This document shows, piece by piece, positions 1 through 11,180 of a DNA stretch of 64,000 bases (positions are counted from its first letter, which is position 1; every line of letters begins with the position of its first letter). A model generated the notes under the pieces. It was given only the letters and a program-made list of their open reading frames with translations, made no database searches and had not been told where the DNA came from. A program made the position numbers and the translations under genes. Source of the DNA: Pavona decussata. Its lineage: Eukaryota. The stretch lies in NCBI GenBank assembly GCA_977016875.1, contig CDRNST010000120.1, positions 3,410,001-3,474,000 of the forward strand, given 5' to 3'.

Positions 1-15
1 ACCGATTATTTAAAT

Positions 16-1000
16 CACAGGGAGTCCACAAAAGTTGTGAAACTCCGAAATAAATTAATAAATTATCGACTTACGTTGTTCGAAGGGTCGTTCGTTTCTT
101 GTGGTTTTCTATAGCCCGTTCATTTGCATACAATTTACGCGACAGCACTAATGTCGTGTATTGAGTTGTGCACAAGCGGATCTGAGCTCTGCTCACCATA
201 CTTAATATACAGCTGTTTCGACAAAGGTTGTCCAAAAAGAGCGTAAAAGCGTATGCGACATTGCCGAACGGTAGTCTGGGAAATACCCAACAAATTTCAA
301 TATGAAAGCTCAGAATCCATATTGCCCGCCATCTCAAGTCTTCGCTGTACGGTCGAGGCAATATGGATTCTGAGCTTTCATTGAAATTTATTGGGTATTT
401 CCCAGACTACGTTTTGGTTTTGTAGCGTACGCTTTTACACTTTTTTTTGGACAGCCTTTGTCGAAACAGCTGTATATAGTGAGCTGTATAAAGCTCAGAT
501 TCGCTCGCGCACAACTCGGCCAGTACACGACATTAGTGCTGTCGCGTAAATTGTATGCTAATGAACCGGCTATAGAAAGCCACAAGAAACGAACAACCCT
601 TCGAACAACGTAAGTCGATAATTTATTAAAGTGGAAATAATGAAGAAGCCTTCTCAAGTCGAATAACTCGGAAAAAGAATTTTCCTAGGCCCCCAACGGG
701 AATCGAACCCATGACCTTCCTGATACCGGTTGGACGCTCTAACCACTGAGCTATGGGAGACTCATGGTGAGCGAGGCCATATACTAGGTTCTTATGGGTG
801 ACACATGTCCTGCTATACTGCAAGGCTCAAATATGTCCAAATGATAAATGTGGTTAAATGATAAATGGAAATGGCTGGTCATGAAAAAAATCGCAAAGCA
901 ATTTTTTGGTCATGACTTTATCCAAGTCGCCATTTCATTTATCATTTAACGATAATTTATTAATTTGTTTCTTTTTGACAACTTTTGTGGACTCCCTGTG
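16..1000. mobile_element. Foldback/MITE-like non-autonomous DNA transposon (Tc1/IS630-like), arms ~300 bp
   Basis: Terminal CACAGGGAGTCCACAAAAGTTG (from 16) and its reverse complement ending at 1000. Bases ~55-326 are an imperfect reverse complement of ~357-629. The central loop reads PRPYSEDLRWRAIW on the minus strand. Confidence 0.85.
630..949 (-). mobile_element. tRNA-derived SINE-like insertion in the right arm of the foldback element
   Basis: Minus-strand A box TAGCTCAGTGG and B box GGTTCGATTCC (~690-757). Flanked by a 14-bp direct repeat CGATAATTTATTAA (616-629 and 950-963) that occurs once in the left arm. Confidence 0.8.
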
Positions 1001-1083
1001 CACCGTCTAGCGGACAATAAGAACCTGCTCACGGGTAGATTAAAACGCTGTTTAACAGCAATTTCACGACCAGCCATTTTGAA

Positions 1084-2115
1084 ATGGACGGACTACTGCG
1101 CTACAGGCAGTTGAGAGAGTACGCCAATCGACTTAATATGCGACAAATTCGACGCCTTAGGGACAGGTTTAACCCTTCAGAGGAATACGATGACGAACAG
1201 TTTCGTTTGCGTTTTCGTTTCCGAAAGGACTCGGTGGTTGACCTGGTCAAAATTTAGGATAAAGATCTTCAACATCAGTCAAGAAGAGGTCTGCCACTGA
1301 CACCGCCGACAGCACGTTCTCATTGCGTTGCGATTTTTTGCGACTGGAACTTTTGAGCGGGTTAATGGCGATTTATTTGGTGTTTCTGTATTTGCTGCAT
1401 GCACAGTCATTCATAAGGTTTCAAGGGCAATCGCCAAACGAAAACGACAATTCTTGTCATTCCCTGATGATTTGACTGATACCAAGAGAAAGTTCTACGA
1501 TGTTGCACGCTTTCCAGCTGTGATCGGCACCATAGATTGTACCCACGTTAGGATCATATGTCCAAACAATGAAAATGCTATGGCATTTATTAACAGAAAG
1601 TAGTTTTATTCCATCAACGTCCAAGCAGTTTGTAATAGTGACGCCTTTGTTACTGACATTGAGGCACGTTGGCCTGGATCGACTCATGACTCACGCATTT
1701 TTGAGAACAGTATGATCGCAGACAAATTAAGGGAAGATACAATTGATGGCATTCTTGTGGATGACAGTGGATACGCTTGCAGATCATATTTAATGACACC
1801 AATCCTCAAGCCAAATAATTCAGGAGAAGTGCGCTACAATATTGCACACAGGCGTAGTAGATGTGTTATTGAAAGATGCTTTGGCTTACTTAAGCGACGA
1901 TTTCCACGTCTGAACTTAGGAATGCGCACCGCCCGGAAAATACTCTCGTCATCATTGTGACCACGGAAATATTGCACAATTTCGCCCTTATGCGTCGCGA
2001 ACAAGACTTCGATAAAGAAATCGAAGATAAAGGTGTTCCATTTGACATTGCTGCTGCTGCAGACGCAGGTGGAAATGCCAAACGTCAGCTAACTATTTCA
2101 GAATACTTTGCTTAA
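1084..2115 (+). pseudogene. Harbinger (HARBI1-like, DDE_Tnp_4) transposase pseudogene
   Basis: Motifs FRLRFRF, LRFFATG, VIGTIDCTHV, SINVQAVC, ARWPGSTHDSRIF, DSGY, RCVIERCFGLLKRRF, LHNF. Stops at ~1255 and 1601, frameshifts near 1310 and 1940. Confidence 0.92.
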
Positions 2116-2209
2116 TATTATTAATCAATTATATAATTAAATTGCATTTAGGGTTTCTTATCAACAGAATAGGAAATAAACGACAACAATCACTACAATT
2201 AATCAATCT

Positions 2210-3070
2210 TCATGTTGTTTTGTAATTTATCAGTGTTACATAACATGACAAATAAATAAGTTCAAACCACAAGATGGTGGAAGATTTTTCTTCGTCCATG
2301 TCGTATGTATGTGACAAACCAATACCCATATTAGTGAATTGGTGCATCAGCTTCCATTCCTTAGCTTTATGACCTTCATTTTTCAGTTTGTGCTCTTTCC
2401 TCGCCATGGGCAAGAATGGGTCCTCCTCGTGAGCTTCTGATCTTTTGCGTTTGCACCTGCAAGAGTAATTTTAATTGACGATCAATAACGGTAAATAATA
2501 TAATGTATTATGCAATAAACAAATCATAATTGTTCATAACTTTACTTTTGAATATCCTTCTTTTTCGGGTGACTTTAACTCCTTTTGTGTTCATGGTAAT
2601 GACTTCATCAGCAAGTCCACTTGGTCCCGCTTCGCTAGTGATTGGGTCCTACTCGTGTTCGCCTCGTCTTAATTATTAGGTTCCACTTCTGCGTCATCAT
2701 CAAACTCCTGATCTAGCGGATTAACTGAAGATGGTATGACGTCAGCAACTATTTTACACAATTGACTTGGGGATCCAGGAGTTTTTCCTCCACCAGTTTT
2801 TCTTGATTCACGACGTTGCAAATTGTGTTCTTTCTTGTTCTGTAGTTTCAGCCGCCTCCAGCATCCTTGGACCTGATTCAGGTACCTCTTGATACCGTTT
2901 CGGATTTTGGGAGTTGAATTTCTCAAGAATTTCTTCCCAGACCTTTGCCTTCTTCGTCAAAGTTTTGCTGTGGTATCCTTTATTTCCACATCTGAAAAAT
3001 CTCTTCTCAATTCCGCCAACAAAAGCTTTTCTTCTTCGCTAAAATTCACCACGTTGAGTCGAAACCTCTA
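2210..3070 (-). pseudogene. Harbinger Myb/SANT-like DNA-binding accessory gene, disrupted
   Basis: Fragments NFSEEEKLLLAEL and QVQGCWRRLKLQNKKE...RKTGGG, typical of MSANTD/Myb_DNA-bind proteins. Frameshifted and convergent with the transposase. Confidence 0.75.
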
Positions 3071-3859
3071 GTATCAAAATGTGCATACAAATTAACAACA
3101 AGCAGACGATGCATTCTATCGTGAGGCATTGTTTAGCCATTGACTGGAAAAATCACGGTTTAGTCGCGTTTCAACAATGTATTTTGAACATGGGTTAACC
3201 GTTGTCTAGCAAGACAACGTCTAAACCGCGAATTAGACTTAAACAAGGGCTAACTTAGACGCCGTTTAAATAGCCGGCCCATAGTCTCGAACACTCAACA
3301 ACATTATTGTTAATCAACGTCTAGCTTGGAAAAAACGAAATTAACTTGATACTGACAAAGAAACGACTCACGTGCGCATACAAAAATTTAAAATTCACAC
3401 TCTAACGCATTACAAGGATAGCGATTAGCGAGTTAATTAACTTGTTAGCGAACGAAAATGCCACTACATGCGTTCAACTCATGAATGTAATTACTAAGAG
3501 AAAGCCTACTTGCTATTATCGACTGTCTGCTTACAACAGTCATAAATTGTCTCTAGTGCAGAGTGCATTGTGGGACAGGTTTCTACACGTGATGACGTAC
3601 GTTACACGGTTTGCGCGCCTTACACGTGCACAAAATCAGATTGCTATGAATTATATGCCTTCTAAGTACTTCCGGTAAAATCTTCCCTCCTCTTCCCGTT
3701 ATACGGGTGTCTACTTTTATCCTAAAACGTCACTTTTCATGACAGAAAATAAATATCACGCTTTCTTTAAATTGCAAATAGATAAAAATTGTTACAGTTC
3801 GAATCGTTTTTTTCTACTAATAGCGCGCGCAGTGCAAATTGAATAATTACGTTTGTCTA

Positions 3860-4003
3860 TTATGACGTAAGAAATCATCACTATAACAACTGAAACTTTT
3901 CTCGTTTCGCGGGAAGTTTTATTACGCCGTGAAGCCTGAAGAATTCTGTTAAACAAGTGAAGATTTGACATTTTCGTTAAGAAAAGCTAGCAGCCAATAC
4001 AAG
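3860..4003 (+). promoter_or_regulatory. Putative promoter and non-coding first exon of the coiled-coil gene
   Basis: TGACGTAA (CRE-like, 3863) and CTATAA (~3881), then a donor AAG|GTAAG at 4003/4004. All are retained in copy 2 (52846, 52987). An acceptor TTTCTCCTAG lies 4 nt before the ATG at 5095. Confidence 0.45.
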
Positions 4004-5094
4004 GTAAGTTACGTATTGATTTTTTTCTAAAACGAAAAGTAGCTTTCGAGGAATTGCAAACTTTTTCTCACCCTCCGTAAAGGCCCCGTCACAAAAATTA
4101 TAAGTTAGTCCTAGGGATCAAGCGGTTCGTTGGGAGAATATATATTTTCGGTCTATTTAGGAGGCCTAAATCACCTCAGAAACTGATTTGCACTCAAGGG
4201 ATAAAGATGGCGTTTGCTTTGATACTTTGCCACTTAATATCGTGGGTGACAAAAAAATTTGGCGCAAAATTTCAGCGTTAGTTTATAATTTCGCATGTGA
4301 AATTACACGGTTGCCATGGAAACGTTTTAAAAACTCACGATTGAAAACATAATTTGTTCGCCATGATATTTAACGCTCACCAAATAGTATACTCGTGAAA
4401 AAAGGATACAATTTCATTTGCGTTTTGTTAAAAATATGCTCGGGAAATTATTAGATTACTTCACAAAGCGCGCGTGAAATTGATTACCCCACAGTAACAC
4501 GTAAGTGACAAAGGAAATTTAATTCCTTTTGTTATAATTAACGAAAAGACGAGAAGTTTCATCAAGAGAGGAAAGGAAAAAACTGCGATACCGTCCAGAT
4601 ATCTCTCTTTTAAAAACTTTGAAACGATCCTGAAGAAAATACATGCCTCCGATAAAATCTCTGCAAGTTGCACGGATTCATGTCACACATTACAAGGCCA
4701 TTCAATTTGTCTTACGAAAACATGGCTGAAGTTGCGACGCGAAATCACGACTCTGCCCTTTAAACGTATTGTCAAACGTTTAATTAACAAATTAGAAAGG
4801 AAAATAGTTTTCTCGTCAAACTTGAAAAATGTCGCAGAAAGGCAAAAATGATTCAAATAAGAATTTATTGGCGGTGAATGGTAGCTAATGGTACACGTTA
4901 TTTAACCGTCCGTGCAACTTGAAATGTCAACAAGTATCGTTACCAACCTCTATCATAAAATTGCCTTACCGTCGTACTATTATAAGTTTAAGTTTCTTAT
5001 GCCACAAGGGTGCAGTAGAGAAATGATTTTGCAAATAATTATCCTTAATTTTTTACAAGAGAGACATTACAAACCGGGATTTTCTCCTAGGATC

Positions 5095-6927
5095 ATGGCT
5101 TCTAGCGAATTATTTTCATATACCCAAGAAGAGCTCATCAGAGTAATAGAGCATCAACATGGCGAAATTCAAAGCCTACTTAATGAAAGAGGCTGGCTGC
5201 ATGAAGACAGCAACATGCAGAGGAGCCAAGCACAAGAATGTTATGACAAAGTTCTGGAGTGGCAGGCGTATGGAAATGGCCTTAAAAAGGATCTTGAAAA
5301 TTTGAAAAAACGAGACGAACAATGGAAGGAGGCACTGACAAAAGCCGTGGACAAACTAAACACGGAAAGAGAAAACTTCACCAATCTTGAAAATTTATAT
5401 TCTTCTTTAAAAGAGAAAAACAAACAGCTAAAAGAAACTCTCGAGTCGGCATTCATCCTCGGGAGAGGCATGTATGAAGAATATTGTGCTTTGTACAATA
5501 ACTACACGTTTCTTCTCAATTATGCGTACTGGATTCAGGGCGGTTGCAATGAACAACTTGCAATTCGTCAAGGTCAAGAGGAGGGAAATCCTACGCCAGC
5601 CACCCCTACCGAAAAAGAATTTCTTCTTACCACGACCCTTCCTCCCGAAGGCTGGTCAGCCATCTCCCCCAACATGCCAACCATCCAATCCCGTCAGAGC
5701 CCGCTTTTCATCCGGATCAATTGCCCTTGGAATGTTGGAGCTAACGCCAATGACAAGGTTCCATACATGTCAGCCATTCAAGTTCCACGTGTGCTAGCTA
5801 TTGAAGCTCCATGCTCATCAGCGAATAACACTCCATGCGCATCTGATACTCAGACCCCATGCTTGACAGAAATTAAAGCACTATGCCTGCCAGAGATTGA
5901 AGCTACATGCCTTTTAAATGATAAAAGTCTCTGCGTGGCTGATGCTCAGCCAACCCCATGCTTGACAGAAATTAAAGCTCTTTGCCTGCAAGAGATTGAA
6001 GCGAGATGCCTTTCAAAGGATAAAAGTCTATGCGTGGCTGATAATCAAATGCTTTGCTTTTCCGAGGTGAAAGCTCCTTGTGAATCAGAGAGCCAGGCTT
6101 TACTCGTGCAAGATAATGAAGCTCTATGCGTGATTGCAAACATTGATACTGAGTCTGCAGGAAGTGCCCATCTGTCTATTAATGAATCGCTGACAGGAAA
6201 ATCAACAAGCAAGGTAAGTTGAAGAAATGATACGAGTATAATGATATTTCTGTCCGACCAACGCCGTGCTTTTTTATGTGTTAACATGTATAGTTGTCAA
6301 GTGGCACATATGGGGGACCCCGGTCCCCATCTTATTATCAAAGAAAATCACTCACAGATGGCTCGAAGCTCTTTTCGATCTCGTTAAAAGTTTTTCCCTC
6401 CGTTCCCGGGGCCTCCACTTCACAAAAACCTTGGGTCACGCTACTCATCACATTTATGGCCATCAAATTAAATGTTAATTTTTCCCAAAATAGTCTTTAG
6501 TAGCAATGGTACAATGTTTTGAAGATGAGCGACCGATTAACGACACAACTTCGACTTAAATATTAATAATTTTGAGTAAAAAGTCGCTGTGCCCTATGTG
6601 GTGGGGTGAATTCCAGTTAGAATACTTTGTTCATGGATTTGAGGACAAACCACAGCCTCGTCGAAATTGTGCTCAAAGGCTCCTATCTGTTTCTCCCACG
6701 AGGATGGATTCGATTCAATTTTCTGCTTCTCTAATATTATGATGTTCATTCTGTTATTGTTGTATATTGTTAGGATCCTATGTCAGTTAGCTTTTTCATT
6801 TTTTTTTCAGCCAAGAAGTCGTTTCCAAAGATTGAAAAGATGGGTGAAGAAACATTTCTTGTGTTGCTGCAGCAGCGCAGATAAAGAAAACAGATCTGAT
6901 GCTGTTCCCCCCTCCCCGCAAGAGTAA
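5095..6927 (+). CDS. Uncharacterised ~411-aa protein: coiled coil, Cys-periodic octapeptide repeats, basic helix + CCC C-terminus; exons 5095-6213 and 6811-6927
   Basis: Long ORF. Phase-0 donor AAG|GTAAGT at 6213 and acceptor TTTTCAG|CCA at 6811 give ...GKSTSK-PRSRFQRLKRWVKKHFLCCCSS...PQE*. Splice sites and terminal stop position are conserved in copy 2. Confidence 0.75.
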
Positions 6928-7472
6928 AAAAAAATTTTAAAAAAATTAAAAAAAAAAACATAAAAAGACAAAAATATTAAAAAAAGAAAAAAAAGAAAAA
7001 GAAAAAGAAAAACAGAATTCTTATCGCAACGGGTCTGACGATAAACCGAAACAAGCCAATTTCAGAATGGTGCGCAGATTGCTGTCGTATAAAAAGGTAA
7101 AAGTACTATTCTTTTATTTTCAGTTTCAACGCCTGTCTTAGCAGGTCTTTCGGACAATTTTGGGAGATTCAACGATCTCAAAATCATTATTCAAAACGTG
7201 TTTAGTTGGCTACGGTCATCCTGTATCCAATAAGTGAATTGTAATAATTGCTTTACTTAGTTTTGTTTCGTGTTTGAACACTTTCATGAGATTTGCGCAA
7301 TACAAATTGCATTATTGTTATTTGTTATTATTGATATATCTTCCAAGATAATAACTTATTTATGCTTGGAGGAGGGGGGAGTGGGGTTCTGTCTTAATTC
7401 TTTTATTGTCCTGAATCCATGCTCCAGAAATGACGTACTCCCATTCCAACTCAACGATTTTATTATGAACAG

Positions 7473-8231
7473 AGCGCTACTGCTTGAGGTTCAAAACACA
7501 AGTAAAGACGGAGACTGAGGGAACTCAATTCAATTCAATTCAATTTATTTGCCATTAACAAAAAAATACAACATAAATACATTATAGACGACACACAATG
7601 TTCTTACTATTACAATATTCATACTTGACTATTTACAATATTAAATGTGTTAAAGGCTAGGAAGCCTATATAGAAGCCGGGGGCTTATTAACTATAGGCT
7701 TCCTAGAACTATTGGATAAACCATAGAAGTTAAGGGTACTGATTGAAATTTCCAATTAAATTTTTTTTTTTTAAAAGAAGAAAAAAAAAAAAAAGGAAAG
7801 GAAGAAAAGAAAGAAAAGGTAAAGAAAAGGTGTGTAGCTCAACAAAGAGTCAATTTAACTTAGATAGAAGGAATTTTTTAAGTCTTTTGCCAAACAAACT
7901 GATAGTTTCACTGTTTTGAATTTCACGACTTAGCGAGTTGAAAAACGAAGGACCTTGAAACCGAATTGAGAATTTTCGAAGATTAGTTCGACAATAAGGT
8001 ATATAGAAAAGGTTGGAATTTCTTGTTTTATAAGAATGTATTTGACTTGCAAGAGTAAACATATCACGAAAATAATTTGGAAGTAAGCTTCTTTTAAAAA
8101 GATACATCACAGAGCAGGTGCTGCCTGGGCTTGTGTGGGAGCTGACAGAGCTACAAGCCACAAGTATCCTGAAAGGAGACTATGATATGAGGATAAAAGG
8201 ACAGGATTACTGCAAATCCAAAGAGAATCAG
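7473..8231 (+). pseudogene. HAUS3: Orphan HAUS3-like exon fragment, interrupted by a LINE
   Basis: 8109-8231 reads TEQVLPGLVWELTELQATSILKGDYDMRIKGQDYCKSKENQ followed by a GT donor, resembling HAUS3 [31 protein letters not shown] (from memory). No other HAUS3 exons recognised. Confidence 0.65.
7528..8106 (-). mobile_element. 5'-truncated LINE 3' end (CR1/L2-like), copy 1 only
   Basis: C-terminal ORF2-type peptide IHSYKTRNSNLFYIPYCRTNLRKFSIRFQGPSFFNSL, with an AATAAA/(TTGAA)n tail at ~7528-7550. Absent from the matching site (~56555) in copy 2. Confidence 0.85.
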
Positions 8232-8913
8232 GTTAGTTTCACACACAATTTTAGAAGACTGTAGAGTGCCTGAGGATTTGAAACAAGGGACTACGATGAA
8301 ACAGAAAGCTAGAGGGACCTCAAAGTCGGGATTTCCCCATATTGTTTTTCTATTTTCTCTGTTGGTGACGTACTTAAAACAAACCTTTAGCTTTCGAACT
8401 GTCTCAAATGACAGCTAACAGAAGCTGCTCTTCCGTTGGTGCTATAAATGCATTGTTTTCTATAATTGAAAAATTGACTGAGTTATCTTACAGTTTTCCG
8501 TTCAGTCCAATTTGGAAACAACTTAACAAATATTATGCACGTGTAACTGACTTCTTTGCCAGCACTCATGTTTTTAAATACGTGAAAGAATAAAAAATGT
8601 CGAGCTGTGAACACATGTACCTCTTGTGTACCTATTTTTACCCTTCATTCTATTCGTCCCCAGGTCCTTTTCTTAGATAACTTAAAGATGATGGACAGGG
8701 AACTGTTTACGTATTCCTCCAGGGATCCTTCTCGTCTAAAGAGAGCTATCATTGAATAGATTGTCTGTGCAAGTTGACGCACAGAAAATTTCGTTGAAAT
8801 GAAGAACGCATGTGCAATGCAGGTGAACTTCTCAACCGAGACACTGGTCGAGGGACGGCATCCTCTACTGCTCCCGTTAGGAATACATTGCGGGTAACGA
8901 TTTAAGGAAAATT

Positions 8914-9251
8914 CTACCGCGTGCGGGGAAACCGACGCGTCACCTTCTATGGCAGTGACGACAAATTAGCGAAGTCCATAGCTCGCTACCGCGTGCGGGG
9001 GAACCGACGAAGTTTCACTTTCCACATGAACAAACAATGGCGACGAATTGATTAGAAAGATGTATCCCAGAAACTAACTGGATTTATACTTTAAAGTGGG
9101 TTGTCCGGCTGAGAGTCTGACGCGTGCGGGGGAACCGACGAAGTTTCACTTTCCACATGAACAAAAAATGGCGACGAATTGATTAGAAAGATGTATCCCA
9201 GAAACTAACTGGATTTATACTTTAAAGTGGGTTGTACGGCTGAGAGTCTGA
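8914..9251 (+). repeat. Repeated motif CTACCGCGTGCGGGG(G/A)AACCGACG plus a 131-bp tandem duplication
   Basis: Motif at 8914, 8986 and (partial) 9121. Bases 8990-9120 are duplicated at 9121-9251. Two motif copies in copy 2 (57204, 57276). Confidence 0.9.
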
Positions 9252-10435
9252 ATAACTAAAGCTTTAGAGCACGGTATTGGATAAATCAATTTTACGCCGG
9301 GCCGTTTCCAATGCCTGTCTTCGATGGATTTTTAGTAAAGGAATGAAGAGTGCTCATATAGAACTATGCTTTTGAACGCTTAAAAGAGACGAGCACCTCT
9401 TTTCTTGAAAATTGTTACAGAAAATAGATTCCAGTGTATTGTGAAGGGTTTATTTCTTGGTTGCAACATTGCAAATGAATGCAAATTGACGCATGTGCAC
9501 AACATTTGTGCTCGTAGCGCACCAATGTTACCACAGGAAGCCCATGTTCTTAATGAGAAAAGATTTCACAGTTGAACTGATACCTTTACAAAGAAGAAGA
9601 ACCTTATATAACTTTCGTATCTTTAAATTTAATATCACTTTAACTCAACTAATTTTTTCGTTAATTCTTAATATGTTCAACGAGAAGCAGAAATATCTAG
9701 GACCCTCTTTCAGACAAATGTCCGTAAAAATTTCCGAAGGAGCGCTTACCTTGCTGTTAGAAGCCAATCTCTAAAGGAAGCCTTGTTGCGCTCTGGTTTA
9801 AAATTCATTTTCCGTCAAGTTCTGCGACTGCTTTTATAATTTGCAATAAACAATTTTTCAGGATCTTAAATTAGGGTGTCGCTTAATCTCAATCGTAATA
9901 TACAAAGCTAATGGAAGTTATAGCTCTTTCATAGAGCGATCCCTCTAAAAGCGTTTTTGAGTCCCCCACGACATTTAACTGTATAACTTAATCGTTGTGG
10001 CGGCAGCGCAAATGATGTCGCTGATAGAAGCCACAGGCGAATATTAGTTAACAATCGTAGCATTTCATCCCGCGGGGAATGTAATTCAATTCAAAGAAAA
10101 CAAGGCAAAAATCAGTCCATCAACGCCATAACCAGCTTAGTTCCCAGGCGATTCAGGCGGGGTCCTTATATTAGGTCTAGGTTCTATGTTCGCGCGCTCA
10201 CGTCATTAAACCCACTTTAGAGTCCACTACTTGATACGAAACTCGACTGTGAACTTTGGTTCCTCGGGTATCTCCTGTAAGGGAAACAAATAGTGTGATT
10301 CATGTCAAACCTTTCAAGAAGCTTTAAATGTTAAGCGTTGACGTGTACACTTGACGGACTTGAAAGCGCATTTTGTAGTCGTGTTCCTAGTGACCTGGCC
10401 TTTGAGTAAAAGCGAGGCTAGAGTTGCCCTTTTTG

Positions 10436-10720
10436 GGTGCGGTGTGATTGGTCAATTTTACGGGCCGAATTCCACTGTACGGCCCGCTAAACTTCAACTA
10501 TTTTCCTTTCCTGAGAACCCGATTAACCTCAGATATAATAAAAATAGAGAATAAATCTCTTACTTACCTCGTTTTCTCGGTCTCTACGGTAAGTTACGAA
10601 TCCTCGTTTTTTCCTTTTTTTTTCTTTTTCCTCGCTTTTACGAATCCATAAATCAACGGGATAAAACTCTGTCCGTAACTTTCAGGACGGACCTCCAGCT
10701 CGGTTAGTAAGAGGTATATA
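10436..10720. mobile_element. Interspersed repeat with internal inverted repeats, copy 1 only
   Basis: Homology to copy 2 breaks here. Contains CGGGCCG...CGGCCCG and GTAAGTTACG/CGTAACTTTC inverted pairs. Confidence 0.5.
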
Positions 10721-10848
10721 AAGAAGCTAAAAGAGCTGTTCTAATGCTAAATCGTCTCTTTTCATAACAAAAAATGAAAATCACGCATTCGATTCTTTTA
10801 ATTGCAAATAATTATTGTTATAACACTGAGTCCCATCGCAGTGAAACG

Positions 10849-11133
10849 TTAAAACCTCTTTCTCTTTGCAGCCGGCATCTGTTGTGCTGAGAGCTTTCTT
10901 TCAAGTTCGGCAACCTTGCCCTTCAGTGTGGCGATTTCCTTTTGTGCCTCAGCTTTGGCAAATTGGAGTTTCTGAACATAAGATAAACCGAAAACATGTT
11001 TTAAAATATTGCTACGGACCTTGGCTGGAAGAACAAGTTGACAATAAAGGACGATGTTTTGCAATCATGATTCGGCTCGTTTTAAGAAAACCGGCCCTTT
11101 AACCTTTGTTATAGCTAAAAGCAACGTATGATA

Positions 11134-11180
<47 letters not shown>

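Larger units (their letters stand above)
1001..3280. mobile_element. Degenerate PIF/Harbinger DNA transposon (two convergent genes)
   Basis: HARBI1-like transposase on + and Myb/SANT-like gene on -. Harbinger-type terminus ...TTTAAATAGCCGGCCC at 3280. Left end unclear, possibly at or before base 1. Confidence 0.85.

Noticed and set aside
687-760. Functional tRNA gene
   Set aside because: It has A/B boxes but lies inside a TSD-flanked insert and differs from tRNAs I recognise, so it is treated as a SINE.
4912-5094. N-terminal extension of the 436-aa track ORF
   Set aside because: It uses a GTG start, copy 2 has a stop in this stretch, and a splice acceptor precedes the ATG at 5095.
8914-9145. 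CCGCGTGCGGGGGAACC repeats resemble type I-E CRISPR repeats
   Set aside because: Only 2-3 units, irregular spacing, the third arises from a tandem duplication, there are no cas genes, and the context is eukaryotic.
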